From an uncultured cyanobacterium (GTDB lineage Bacteria; Cyanobacteriota; Cyanobacteriia; Phormidesmidales; Phormidesmidaceae), in the NCBI GenBank assembly GCA_963793265.1, contig CAWBZI010000001.1, positions 1,120,001 to 1,184,000 on the forward strand: a DNA stretch of 64,000 bases. Direction: 5' to 3'. A program made the position numbers and the translations under genes. The notes below the pieces were generated by a model. That model did no database searches. It was not told the DNA's origin and worked only from the letters and a program-made list of their open reading frames with translations. Positions 1-9,491 of this stretch are shown here, one piece after another. How positions within the stretch are numbered: position 1 is the stretch's first letter; each line of letters starts with the position of its first letter.

Positions 1-303
1 CACGTAGTCAGTACGCGGATCTTCTGTTGCAGGCGAATAAGCCGCTGGTGACTGCGCCGCTCGCCCACCGTCTGGCAGGGTCACTTCTGCAGTCGCAGAA
101 GATCCGAGTACGTTAAGACCAAACTCGCTTTGATAAGTCTCAGGCGCTAGTTTGAGGTAGGCCAGCGCGAGCCCCCAAATTAGTGCGTTTGCGAGCAAGC
201 CGAGTCCTAAGTAGCCTAGTTTAGAGGCACCATGCTTAGAAGCGTTAGGACTGCGGCGAATCGCAGGGCTAGACGAAGTTTGGGGGAAAGAAGAGTCAGT
301 CAT
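1..303 (-). CDS. GumC/Wzc-like polysaccharide chain-length determinant, N-terminal part (runs off the window start)
   Basis: Manual translation from ATG 303: MTDSSFPQ...YLGLGLLANALIWGLALAYLKLAPETYQSEFGLNV...EDPRTDYV. It has a TM helix followed by a PxxYxS motif and lies directly downstream of the Wza-like gene. Confidence 0.6.
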   Translation of the reverse strand, partial: MTDSSFPQTSSSPAIRRSPNASKHGASKLGYLGLGLLANALIWGLALAYLKLAPETYQSEFGLNVLGSSATAEVTLPDGGRAAQSPAAYSPATEDPRTDYV

Positions 304-387
304 TGGTCAATATTTCAGTGAGAGTCGTTGACGAACAAAGGAGGCGATTAGTCGAACGGGCCAGGAACTAAAAAGGAGTGAATCGAA

Positions 388-1641
388 TCAGTCGTTATCG
401 AACAGGTTAATTAAAAGATTGAGCGGGTTGATAAAATCAACTACTGTTCCTAGTATGCCGCGAATGTTGGTATTGCGAGAGTCATAGCAGGCGATCGCAT
501 CATCCGGCATCAAGAACGGGTTGTCTTCAACCGAGGGCGTCGCATTGTCTATCACATCAGGAATGCTGTACTCCGAGGTAATCACCTCGCCTGTTTCGGT
601 GTCAGTTTGAATAAACAAAGCGCGCCGGTTTGCGTTAGTAGATGGCGTACCCCCCACACATCTAGCTGACACTAGCGCCTGAGCTAAAGTAGCACCGTAT
701 GCAAAAGAGGCCACGTTGACATCGCTGCTGCCTTGCAAAGAGCTGCCCCCGCCCGGCTGAGTCACATTAGAGACATACAAATCTACGCTGTCTGGCGTGA
801 TTTGAGAGGGCTTGATCAAGTCTGTTTGCAGCACCCCTGCGTTTGGCACCACAATCTGATCGCCTGCAATCAGCGGGAAATCTGTCACGGACGTGCCATT
901 AAAGATTCCAGAGAGATCGACATCGACCGCCTGTCCGCCTCTAACAACCTGCACCCTAGAGACATCAGCGTTAGGCCGCACGCCGCCAATTGCCTTCAGC
1001 GCAGAGGTTAGATAGCGCTCAACGGGGTAGTCGCCCGGCAGTGAAACCGATTCGCCTTCGTCATTGACGCCTTGAGCATCCACCGAAACTAAACTCTCTT
1101 GGGAGAGCAAAATTCGACCCGGCTTGAAAACCTGGCCAGCTACGGCGACCTGAACGGGCGCGTAGTTTAGAACTTGAACGCTGACTCTGAGCTGACCGGG
1201 TAGAAAAAGCTGCTCGGCTAGGAAGCGATCGCGCAATCGCGCCTGAACCTCAGCAGGCACCAAGCCTAAAACTGGCACAGGCGCTAAGAATGGAATTTCT
1301 AAATCGCCTGCGAAGTTAACCTCATACTCGCCGGTAAACTCTTCACCGCCAATACCTGGCACGGTCAGTCTGAGGCGATCGCCTGGCGATAGGGGAATGC
1401 GCTGTTGGCTAATAGCAGGCAGCGGATTAACCGCAGGCGTGGGGGTAGATACCGGGCGCACTAAAGCAGGGCCGTCTTCAGCCTGCTGCTCGTCAGTGAG
1501 ATCGGGAAGCCCTTGAGCAAAACCACTGGTTGCTGAGAGTAAAAAAGCTGGAATAGATGCCAGCAAGATAGCCGCTTTAGTCATGGTTTTGCCTGAAGTG
1601 ACTGCGCTTAAAAAATACATTGGGCTTCCTATTACCTCCAC
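388..1641 (-). CDS. Polysaccharide biosynthesis/export protein (Wza-like, Poly_export plus SLBB domains)
   Basis: LSPGDRLRLTV, GEYEVNFAGDLEIPF, VAVAGQVFKPG, ALKAIGG and LIAGDQIVVP motifs; signal peptide. The true start may be 1620 or 1584. Confidence 0.8.
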   Translation of the reverse strand: MEVIGSPMYFLSAVTSGKTMTKAAILLASIPAFLLSATSGFAQGLPDLTDEQQAEDGPALVRPVSTPTPAVNPLPAISQQRIPLSPGDRLRLTVPGIGGEEFTGEYEVNFAGDLEIPFLAPVPVLGLVPAEVQARLRDRFLAEQLFLPGQLRVSVQVLNYAPVQVAVAGQVFKPGRILLSQESLVSVDAQGVNDEGESVSLPGDYPVERYLTSALKAIGGVRPNADVSRVQVVRGGQAVDVDLSGIFNGTSVTDFPLIAGDQIVVPNAGVLQTDLIKPSQITPDSVDLYVSNVTQPGGGSSLQGSSDVNVASFAYGATLAQALVSARCVGGTPSTNANRRALFIQTDTETGEVITSEYSIPDVIDNATPSVEDNPFLMPDDAIACYDSRNTNIRGILGTVVDFINPLNLLINLFDND

Positions 1642-1698
1642 CCCTTAAACAAACTGAAGTTGCACCGGCTACAAAGGAAGAATACAAACGACTGCGAT

Positions 1699-1753
1699 CG
1701 CCTGGCACCCCGCCTGGCACTCCGCCTAGCACCCCGTCTAGCACCCCGTCTAG
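1699..1753. repeat. 12-bp tandem repeat, about 4.6 copies (CGYCTRGCACYC)
   Basis: cgcctggcaccc cgcctggcactc cgcctagcaccc cgtctagcaccc cgtctag, beginning inside a HIP1 site. Confidence 0.85.
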
Positions 1754-2284
1754 AACTGCATGTCTGGTTTTGTGCTCTGTATCTACTAAGTTCTTGCACT
1801 GATAGTAAGATCAGGACAGCTTGAGAAGGTGCATATACGGGCTAACATAACGAAGTTTTCATGAAATTCACGGGTTCCGTAAAAACTTCGACTTGCTCAC
1901 ACAAGGGTGTCTGATTAGTTGCTAGGCAGATGGATAGATGCACTTTTGAAACCGAGCCACCGATACACATACATCAAAAGCAGCAGTGCTTTGATCGTAT
2001 TTATATCCGTGACAAGGGCACGGCAAGCCTTGATACAGCAAGCTTTTGGCCTAGTTTACTAAGAGCCCAAACCAGTCATCTATGTTCCCGTGATAACGTG
2101 CCTATCTATACCATTTAATCAGACAGCAGCCCTATAGCCAGCGATAAGCATCGTTCCTATCCTCACAATTTTCTCAGTATCCCTCACACAACTTTTGTAA
2201 AGAATAGAACAGACTAGGCAGTTCTTGGTACTGAAAGAAGGACATCTTTGAACAGTTCTATACCTATATCTTCGTCTGCGCAAA

Positions 2285-3358
2285 TCAAACGTCTAAGCAC
2301 TCACAAATTAACTGAGCCATCTTGGCAGCGCTATCTGTTGTTGATAAGCCTTGAGCCGCCGTCTGCATTGCCCCAAGCCGAGCTGAGTCATTGAGCAAAT
2401 CTAAAACCAGATCCTGTAATCGTTCAGTCGATAGCATAGATTGTTGATGAAGCAAGGCCGCGCCCGCTTCGCTAAAAGCAGCTGCGTTGTATGTTTGATG
2501 ATCTTCAGCGGCAAAAGGATAGGGAATTAAAATCGCGGGCGTGCCCGTAATTGCCAGCTCAATTAGCGTGCCAGCGCCTGCTCGACTAATCGCCAGAGTC
2601 GCCCGCTGAAAAAGCGCCGCCATATTGTCGTAAAAAGGGCGATGAATATAGTGAGGATCGCTAAAGCTGTCGGCATGCGGGTCGTTAGTACCTGTGATAT
2701 GAACAATCCAAGCGCCTGATTCAATCCAGGCAGGCGCTGCGCTGCGAACTAAGTTATTGACGGCAACTGCGCCCTGAGAGCCCCCGACAACCACAATTAA
2801 AGGCACGTCTGCGGGAATATCAATATCGCTCAGGCCGGTTTGAGTGGCACTTAAGAACTGCGATCGCACAGGCGTACCCACGACCTTCGTCTCTGCCTTC
2901 GGCAAATACTGAGCCGCCTCGCCAAATCCCAGCGCCACCAGCGTGCACCACGGGCTCAGCCACCGCGTTACCTTACCGGGAAGCGCATTAGACTCATGCA
3001 TAATCGCAGGTAGGCCCAACGAGCGCGCTGCAATAATCGCAGGCGCTGAGATATAGCCGCCTGTCGTAAATACGCCTTGAAAACCGCCCTTTTTGAGTAA
3101 GCTACGCACCTGAGCAGTGGATTTTGCAAAGCGAGCCGCTAGTTTGAGCGTACCGAGGCCCAAACCACCCTGAACACCCCCCAGGCGCACTGTATGTAGA
3201 GGATATTTATCAGGTACGAGCTGAGTTTCGAGCCGGTCGGGAACGCCCAGCCATTCGATCGTACTATCAGCGAGCTGTTGAGCGGTCGCGATCGCCGGAA
3301 ACAAGTGGCCGCCCGTCCCACTAGCGGCGATTAGCAGCTTCTTACCTTTATCACTCAC
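2285..3358 (-). CDS. murG: Undecaprenyl-PP-MurNAc-pentapeptide GlcNAc transferase
   Basis: GTGGHLFP, GGYISAP, HESNALPG, GGSQGA, SRAGAGT and DHQTYNA motifs. Confidence 0.97.
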   Translation of the reverse strand: MSDKGKKLLIAASGTGGHLFPAIATAQQLADSTIEWLGVPDRLETQLVPDKYPLHTVRLGGVQGGLGLGTLKLAARFAKSTAQVRSLLKKGGFQGVFTTGGYISAPAIIAARSLGLPAIMHESNALPGKVTRWLSPWCTLVALGFGEAAQYLPKAETKVVGTPVRSQFLSATQTGLSDIDIPADVPLIVVVGGSQGAVAVNNLVRSAAPAWIESGAWIVHITGTNDPHADSFSDPHYIHRPFYDNMAALFQRATLAISRAGAGTLIELAITGTPAILIPYPFAAEDHQTYNAAAFSEAGAALLHQQSMLSTERLQDLVLDLLNDSARLGAMQTAAQGLSTTDSAAKMAQLICECLDV

Positions 3359-3513
3359 GACAGTATGCCACCCCTTTAAAATAACCGTAACAATACAAAT
3401 TTCAGGTTACCTTGATTTAAGGTAGTATCTTCCGACAAATATGGCTGCGCCTACGGCCTCACTCATTAGCGCACGCACCGCTTAACTGCTTACAAAAAGG
3501 AACTGTAAAGCCC

Positions 3514-4305
3514 ATGACTAATTGCTTCTACTGGCCTGCCCATCGGCTCAAAATTGCCTCTGCTTTTGTTTGTGCGCTGGCATTAGGCGTAGGCAGCAGC
3601 CAGCAGGCAAAAGCAGCCTCTCCTGAAACCGCACCCGCTGAGCTAGTCAGTGCCCTTGAGCAAATCGAAACTGCCGCCTCTGCTGGCAATGTTGATGGCG
3701 TGATGCAGCACTACAGCCCAGCGTTTACAAACAACGACGGCTTTACCTACGAAACCCTCCCCACGGCGCTAGAAACCCTTTGGAGTCGCTACGAAAATTT
3801 GACCTATCGCGTCGAGCTACAGTCTTGGGAATCGGTTAGCGGCGGCTACACCGCTGAGACAGTTACCTATATCAACGGCACCCAGCTCGCCAACGGTCAG
3901 CCTACCGAGCTAGCGTCAGTCATTCGCTCAGAGCAAACTTTTGCAGCCGGTAAAGTCGTCTCGCAAGAAACCCTCTCCGAGCGCAATGTGATGACCTCAG
4001 GCGAAATGCCGCCTACCGTTTCGGTGATTTTGCCCGAGCAGGTAGAGTCCGGTGAAAGCTATGACTTTGACGCGATTGTGATGGAGCCGTTAGGCAGTCG
4101 CTATTTGCTAGGCGCAGCGGTAGAGGAAGGGGCTTCCTCCGAAGATTTCTTTACGGGTCGGCCTGTAGAGCTAGAGCTGTTAGCCGCGGGGGGCCTGTTT
4201 AAAGTTGGCGAAGCGCCTAGCGAAGCGGATAGTCGGTGGGTGTCAGCTTTGCTAGTGCGTGAAGACGGGCTGACCGTGGTTACTCGTCGGTTGAGGGTTA
4301 ACTAG
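3514..4305 (+). CDS. Exported NTF2-like (nuclear transport factor 2 family) protein
   Basis: Signal peptide, NTF2-like N-domain (AASAGNVDGVMQHYSPAF) and a conserved cyanobacterial C-terminus (GGLFKVG). Confidence 0.65.
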   Translation: MTNCFYWPAHRLKIASAFVCALALGVGSSQQAKAASPETAPAELVSALEQIETAASAGNVDGVMQHYSPAFTNNDGFTYETLPTALETLWSRYENLTYRVELQSWESVSGGYTAETVTYINGTQLANGQPTELASVIRSEQTFAAGKVVSQETLSERNVMTSGEMPPTVSVILPEQVESGESYDFDAIVMEPLGSRYLLGAAVEEGASSEDFFTGRPVELELLAAGGLFKVGEAPSEADSRWVSALLVREDGLTVVTRRLRVN

Positions 4306-4310
4306 CTAGC

Positions 4311-5009
4311 TTAAGCAGCCACTAATGCCAACTTAAGCAACCCTTCAAACAGCGCTAGGCCATCAGTATTGCCTAGCGCTTTGTCGGCCGCGCGTTCGGG
4401 GTGAGGCATCATACCCAAAACGTTACCAGCTAGGTTGCAGATGCCCGCGATATTGTTCAGCGAGCCGTTAGGATTAGCAAGTTCATTGGCGTTGCCGCTG
4501 GCATCACAGTAGCGAAAAAGCACCTGATTATTGTCTTCTAGCGCCTTAAGCGTATCGGGCGCAGCGTAGTAGCAGCCTTCACCATGGGCAATCGGCAGCG
4601 TAATTACCTGATCTTTTTGATAATTTTGAGTCCAAGGGAGATCGGTGCGCTCTACTTTTACCGGCAGGCGATCGCACACAAAATGCAAGTCTCGATTGCG
4701 CACTAGCGCCCCCGGCAGCAGCCCCATCTCCGTAAGCACCTGAAACCCATTACAAATGCCCATCACGAACTTGCCCTGGTTTGCGTGCAGGGCGGTTGCT
4801 CGCATCGCTGGAGAAAATTGAGCGATCGCCCCACATCGCAAATAGTCACCATAGCTAAAGCCGCCCGGCACTACCACCACGTCTACATCAGCCAGATCGC
4901 CTTCTTCGTGCCAGATCATTCGCACCGGCTGATGCAGAATATCGCGCAGAATGTAGGCAATATCGCGATCGCAGTTCGCCCCCGGAAAAACAATCACCCC
5001 AAACTTCAT
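4311..5009 (-). CDS. purQ: Phosphoribosylformylglycinamidine synthase subunit I
   Basis: [27 protein letters not shown] and GMMPHPER motifs. Confidence 0.97.
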   Translation of the reverse strand: MKFGVIVFPGANCDRDIAYILRDILHQPVRMIWHEEGDLADVDVVVVPGGFSYGDYLRCGAIAQFSPAMRATALHANQGKFVMGICNGFQVLTEMGLLPGALVRNRDLHFVCDRLPVKVERTDLPWTQNYQKDQVITLPIAHGEGCYYAAPDTLKALEDNNQVLFRYCDASGNANELANPNGSLNNIAGICNLAGNVLGMMPHPERAADKALGNTDGLALFEGLLKLALVAA

Positions 5010-5072
5010 AACGTATGTCCTGATTTTGCTAACGTTTTCGATGGCCTAATTAGTTAAGTTGAGTCAAAAGCT

Positions 5073-5354
5073 TCAGGCAATGGCGGCGGCAAGCACCTCA
5101 ATCCGATAGTTCTCAATCACCGGATTTGCCAATAGCTGATCGCAAATCTTATCGAGTTGCTGCTGCGCTGACGCCTCACTCTCAGCCATCAGCTCCAGCT
5201 CAATATATTTACCAATTCGCACCTTAGACACATTGTCGTAGCCCATATGCTTAAGCCCAGAGCGCACCGCCGTCCCTGCCGGGTCAAGCACAGAAGGCCG
5301 CAAAGTCACATACACCTTTGCCTGATACAGATTGCCTTGAGAAAATTGGGCCAC
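5073..5354 (-). CDS. purS: Phosphoribosylformylglycinamidine synthase subunit PurS
   Basis: LRPSVLDPAG, VRIGKYIEL and LLANPVIENY motifs; lies upstream of purQ. GTG 5354 chosen as the likely start. Confidence 0.93.
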   Translation of the reverse strand: MAQFSQGNLYQAKVYVTLRPSVLDPAGTAVRSGLKHMGYDNVSKVRIGKYIELELMAESEASAQQQLDKICDQLLANPVIENYRIEVLAAAIA

Positions 5355-5527
5355 AGTAGTCGCTCTTAAGCCAAAGAGGAAAGTATGAACAAGTGAGATC
5401 CTACCGCAATTATTGCCGTAGCTCACTTAAGCTAGAAAAGGAACCCGCAAGTCACTATCCTGCTATCACTCGTAGGCAAGAAAGGCTTGGATATCAGCCA
5501 ATAGAAAAGGCTCTTTAAAACAGGCAT

Positions 5528-5938
5528 ATGAAAAGCCGTCGCACCCGCAGTCAAAACCAAATCTTAGACTCGCTAAAGCAGACAAAAGACGCTATCTCTG
5601 CGCAAGAACTCTACATGCAGCTCAAACAGCACGGCGTCAGCGTTGGGCTCGCAACAGTTTACCGCGCCCTAGAATCGCTCAAGCTAGAAGGCATCGTTCA
5701 AGTTCGGACGCTCTCCACCGGAGAATCTTTGTACAGCCTCGCCAAAGAAGACACGCACCATCTCACCTGCGTGCGCTGTGGCAACTCAGCGGTGATGGAC
5801 GAGTGCCCTGTGCACGGGCTAGAAACGCACCTTACGGAGTCTCATGACTTCAGGATTTTCTACCACACGCTTGAATTTTTTGGCCTGTGCCAGCAATGTC
5901 AGCTCACCGAAGAAGACTCTCTAACCGCAACCGGCTGA
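5528..5938 (+). CDS. Fur-family transcriptional regulator (Zur-like)
   Basis: GLATVYRAL helix, HHLTCVRCG and C-terminal CQQC zinc motifs. Confidence 0.9.
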   Translation: MKSRRTRSQNQILDSLKQTKDAISAQELYMQLKQHGVSVGLATVYRALESLKLEGIVQVRTLSTGESLYSLAKEDTHHLTCVRCGNSAVMDECPVHGLETHLTESHDFRIFYHTLEFFGLCQQCQLTEEDSLTATG

Positions 5939-6462
5939 CCCAAAAAGCCCATGGCCTCTTCGCACCAGGCCACCCAGGCAAGCTGCTGACGAATGCCCGC
6001 TCGCAGCGCTAGATACTGAAACTGATTTTCGCGCGTGAGTTCAGGCATTTGCGCGTACTGCTTCGAGATCGCCTGATAGCTTTTGAGCTTTTCTTTGTGC
6101 TGCTCGTGATAGGCCTGTAGGGTTTGCAGCAGCGGCTCGGTCGGGACGGTGTGACCGACGGATAGCTTGATGAGCAGATCGGACTTTAGAGGGGCGATCG
6201 CGTCCACTTCTGCAATCCACTGCTGCAAATGCTGCCTGCCGCTATCGGTTACCGTATACAGCTTCTTATTAGGCCGGTTTTCCTGCTCAATCTTCTCAGA
6301 CGACAAATACTCGCTCTCTTCTAGCTGAGCGAGCGCCTTATAAATTTGCTGGTGGCTAGCGCTCCAAAAGCACTCCACCGACTTATTAAAGCGTTTTACC
6401 AGGTCGTAACCGCTACAGGAACGATTGGTCAGTGCCGCCAAAATTGCATAGGAAAGAGCCAT
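5899..6462 (-). CDS. PadR-family transcriptional regulator
   Basis: SGYDLVKRF, FWSASHQQIYKAL and RPNKKLYTVTDSG motifs. Confidence 0.9.
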   Translation of the reverse strand: MALSYAILAALTNRSCSGYDLVKRFNKSVECFWSASHQQIYKALAQLEESEYLSSEKIEQENRPNKKLYTVTDSGRQHLQQWIAEVDAIAPLKSDLLIKLSVGHTVPTEPLLQTLQAYHEQHKEKLKSYQAISKQYAQMPELTRENQFQYLALRAGIRQQLAWVAWCEEAMGFLGQPVAVRESSSVS

Positions 6463-6652
6463 ACTCTAAACCAAGAATATTCACCTATATGCATATTAAA
6501 CTAAGAAGCTTTAAGAATAGAGCCTACTATTATAGACTTGGTTGCAAAAATCCCATCGAACTATCTTTAAAGTTACTCATGAGCCAGGCTGTAGTCTGTC
6601 TTCGGCCATTGAAAATGCTCTAAAATACGAACAAAAGCTGGAGCATTTGCTT

Positions 6653-7630
6653 ATGAGCCCGCAAAAGCAGTCATATGACGTATTTTTGTCTCACAATACC
6701 AAAGACAAAGATCAGGTTTTGATAGTTGCCAGCTATCTGGAATCGCAGGGGTTGAGTCTTTGGATAGATAGAAATAATCTTCGCGGAGGAAACTGCCTTC
6801 CAAAGGAGATTACGACTGCAATCTATAACTCCAGAGTTGCCGCTGTTTTTATCGGGAAGCATGGCTTAGGAACATGGCAGCAAGACGAGCTAGGAACCAT
6901 TGAAACGAGAAGGACAAAGGGGCATCTAGATCTCATCCCGATCCTGCTACCAGATGTCTACGAGCTACCAGACGAACCGGACTACTATTCTCTTGAGAAA
7001 TTACTATATATCTCTTTCTCTTCTGATGACTTTTCTTCTAGCGATGATCAGGCTCAGCTAACTAAGCTAGCCGAAGGCATTGCGCGATACGCAAATGACT
7101 GGACAATTAAAAAGCTGAGAAGTCTTATTAGAGAGAAAGAAGACGCCGTACAAAAACTACAGGAGATTTCTCAAGAAATTGAAAGAATAGAAGCCCAGTT
7201 GAAAACCACACTGGGCAAAGAAAGACAGAGAGGGGTCGAATGGATTGAGTCAAGAAGAGCCGAAATAGTCATGAACAGATACGCAATACGAGCGTTGAGA
7301 GATTTTCCTACACTAGGGAAAGTTCTCAGACAAAGAGGGGATGGAATTCAGCAATTTCGTTTGGACATAGATACTTTCTTAAAATTCACTGCTCTTGCCT
7401 TTCAAACTGAGCAAGTTTCATTGATAGAAGAGATGGAGATAGATCTCTTCTTTGCAGAACCAGAGTTTGAGAAGCCTGAGTTCTATGCAGACAAACTCAC
7501 GACCAAAGTATATAAAGAGGTTCTTAGCCTCATAGAGGCTGATCTTCCCGAAGATTTAGACAAAACCATCACAAAAGAGCTAGAGCAGTGCTTCATTCAC
7601 ATGAGAAATCGAATAACAGCTCTCATTTGA
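6653..7630 (+). CDS. TIR-domain protein with central coiled coil and uncharacterised helical C-terminus
   Basis: YDVFLSHN, LWIDRNNLRGG, GTWQQDEL (catalytic-position Glu) and IPILLP motifs. ATG 6653 has GGAG 9 nt upstream; the ORF track starts at 6542. Confidence 0.85.
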   Translation: MSPQKQSYDVFLSHNTKDKDQVLIVASYLESQGLSLWIDRNNLRGGNCLPKEITTAIYNSRVAAVFIGKHGLGTWQQDELGTIETRRTKGHLDLIPILLPDVYELPDEPDYYSLEKLLYISFSSDDFSSSDDQAQLTKLAEGIARYANDWTIKKLRSLIREKEDAVQKLQEISQEIERIEAQLKTTLGKERQRGVEWIESRRAEIVMNRYAIRALRDFPTLGKVLRQRGDGIQQFRLDIDTFLKFTALAFQTEQVSLIEEMEIDLFFAEPEFEKPEFYADKLTTKVYKEVLSLIEADLPEDLDKTITKELEQCFIHMRNRITALI

Positions 7631-7710
7631 TCAAGAGCTATCACGCTCATATACATTTTATTTTTTGTCTTCGGATCGCTTCTGAATGGTCTGCTTTTAA
7701 CCCATCTGCA

Positions 7711-7854
7711 TCATCTACCTTTCAGTCTTCTAATTTGTTCTTCTATGTTGGAAAGGTTATTAAGTAGCTTTTCCATCCTTCTTTTATCAGAAGTCAATCG
7801 GAGAATTTCCTTTCTAATAGCATGTTGTTGGTTGTAGAGATTTGCAAGGCTCAT
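7711..7854 (-). CDS. Small coiled-coil protein, 47 aa (below ORF-track cutoff)
   Basis: Manual translation MSLANLYNQQHAIRKEILRLTSDKRRMEKLLNNLSNIEEQIRRLKGR; clear heptad pattern. Confidence 0.45.
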   Translation of the reverse strand: MSLANLYNQQHAIRKEILRLTSDKRRMEKLLNNLSNIEEQIRRLKGR

Positions 7855-7987
7855 GTTAGGTCTTTACTTCAGCTAGGTTTTATGATTCCTTTTGCTGAAC
7901 TAACTAACGTCAAGCCGGAGTTTGTGGCAATCCTTAATCAAAAAAGTCGGTAGATGTCCTTTATGTGAAGTTGAGCGAGGCTTCTGA

Positions 7988-8122
7988 TTACATAGATCTT
8001 CTCTCCTTCTTCAGTTCTTTAATCTGATCGTCTAATTCTGTTATACGTTTCTTCGTTTGCTGCTCTTCTATTATTAGCTTTTTAAGTTTTTCGTAGTCCT
8101 TGTCTTTGGGCTTAGCTCTCAT
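7988..8122 (-). CDS. Small coiled-coil protein, 44 aa (below ORF-track cutoff)
   Basis: Manual translation MRAKPKDKDYEKLKKLIIEEQQTKKRITELDDQIKELKKERRSM; clear heptad pattern. Confidence 0.5.
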   Translation of the reverse strand: MRAKPKDKDYEKLKKLIIEEQQTKKRITELDDQIKELKKERRSM

Positions 8123-8250
8123 CTATTCATACACGCTTTATAGTACATCTATACCATATCATAATTAATTCAAATGTACTATAAAGCATACCGCTATCAG
8201 ACAGTACGACTGCTCAGTTCCCATAAGCCATAGCGTTTATAGACAATTGC

Positions 8251-9114
8251 TCACGAATAGCGAATCTGTAGCAAGAGTCGTTTTGATTTAATGGGAGGCA
8301 AAAGCTTATGAAAGCAGGAAGGGTCTTGCATAAAGCCGAAGCCTGCTTTGCCTTCGATGACAATTTCACTTTCTTTGCCATAGTGGGCGATCGCCTGCTG
8401 TGCAATTTGAGGGGCCATGCCAGGAACAAATAACGTACTAGGTGGCTTTCGGTTGTGTGATTTTGCAATCATCACATGCGCCCCTGTCGTCGCATCTATA
8501 TCGGTAATATAGAAATACGTTGTCATAAAGTTATAGCCCGCAACATCGTAGTGATAGTTTAGCGGCGGATAAATCTGTTGTTGTTCAGCGAGCGGAAGAT
8601 CTACGGGAAAGCTCCATGTGAGATGGTAGGTGAGCTTAGAAGGCCAGTATCTTAAATAGCTACGAACAATCTTCAACAGATTAGGATCCTGGGCTAGCTC
8701 AATCATCACAGGACAGTTCTGCGGATTTTTCACGAGCCCTCTAAATACAGGTCTTTCACCGCTTGAGACGTCTGATCGAACGTCATGTGCGTAGAACTCA
8801 TCTGAAGATCCAGGCTCATAGCAAGGCGTTTCACTTGCAAACTTATAAACACTCTCTATCTTTTCAGCAGGCAGACGCAGGCCAAAACTCACGCCGTCTT
8901 CACGTAGACTTTTCAAACAAACTTCTGACGAAATATCAGGAAACAAAGAGAATTCTCTGGGATTAAGCCGACGTTCGTAATAGTCAGCACGAAGCTGCTG
9001 ACAGCTATTTTGGTAGGTACTGTAGGCACTACGAACTGATTTAAACCGGCCTAGCGTACGGTGGAAATCTCCTTTCAATAGGCGATCGCTAAGGCGCTGG
9101 ATATTAGTATTCAT
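8251..9114 (-). CDS. Putative Fe(II)/2-oxoglutarate dioxygenase (PhyH-like fold)
   Basis: HxD motif (YHYDV), TGAHVMIAKSH, distal His (CFHK) and C-terminal RLLLQIRY. Confidence 0.6.
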   Translation of the reverse strand: MNTNIQRLSDRLLKGDFHRTLGRFKSVRSAYSTYQNSCQQLRADYYERRLNPREFSLFPDISSEVCLKSLREDGVSFGLRLPAEKIESVYKFASETPCYEPGSSDEFYAHDVRSDVSSGERPVFRGLVKNPQNCPVMIELAQDPNLLKIVRSYLRYWPSKLTYHLTWSFPVDLPLAEQQQIYPPLNYHYDVAGYNFMTTYFYITDIDATTGAHVMIAKSHNRKPPSTLFVPGMAPQIAQQAIAHYGKESEIVIEGKAGFGFMQDPSCFHKLLPPIKSKRLLLQIRYS

Positions 9115-9491
9115 AGCTGTGGGAAAGAGATAGAACGATCTGCTCTTACTTGCGGTACACCGAAGTTTTTGATGCTCTAAAGCCCTGACTGTATGAATAC
9201 AACAGCAGCGACTCGCTTTACAGACGCTTTTTTACAAAACAAATGACACACAAAAGCGTACGTATTTATACTTATTTAGCTTACCCTAACTGTATTATTT
9301 CAGACTTTTCGTCGTACGAATCACTCGCTCTTTGAAGATGTCGCGAAGATGTTGACGAATTTTGAAGCGTAGGCCAAAGCGCGTTCGGTAATATTAAGGA
9401 ACGCGGCTTATGGTGCATAAGCCGTGAGCATTCGCAGTATGGTTTTAAAAGTTTATTCGCCATATTTTCTATCGCGCATTAAGGCTTCATC

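Noticed and set aside
5899..5938. 40-bp 3' overlap of the convergent fur-like and padR genes
   Set aside because: Short convergent overlaps are common and there is no evidence of function.
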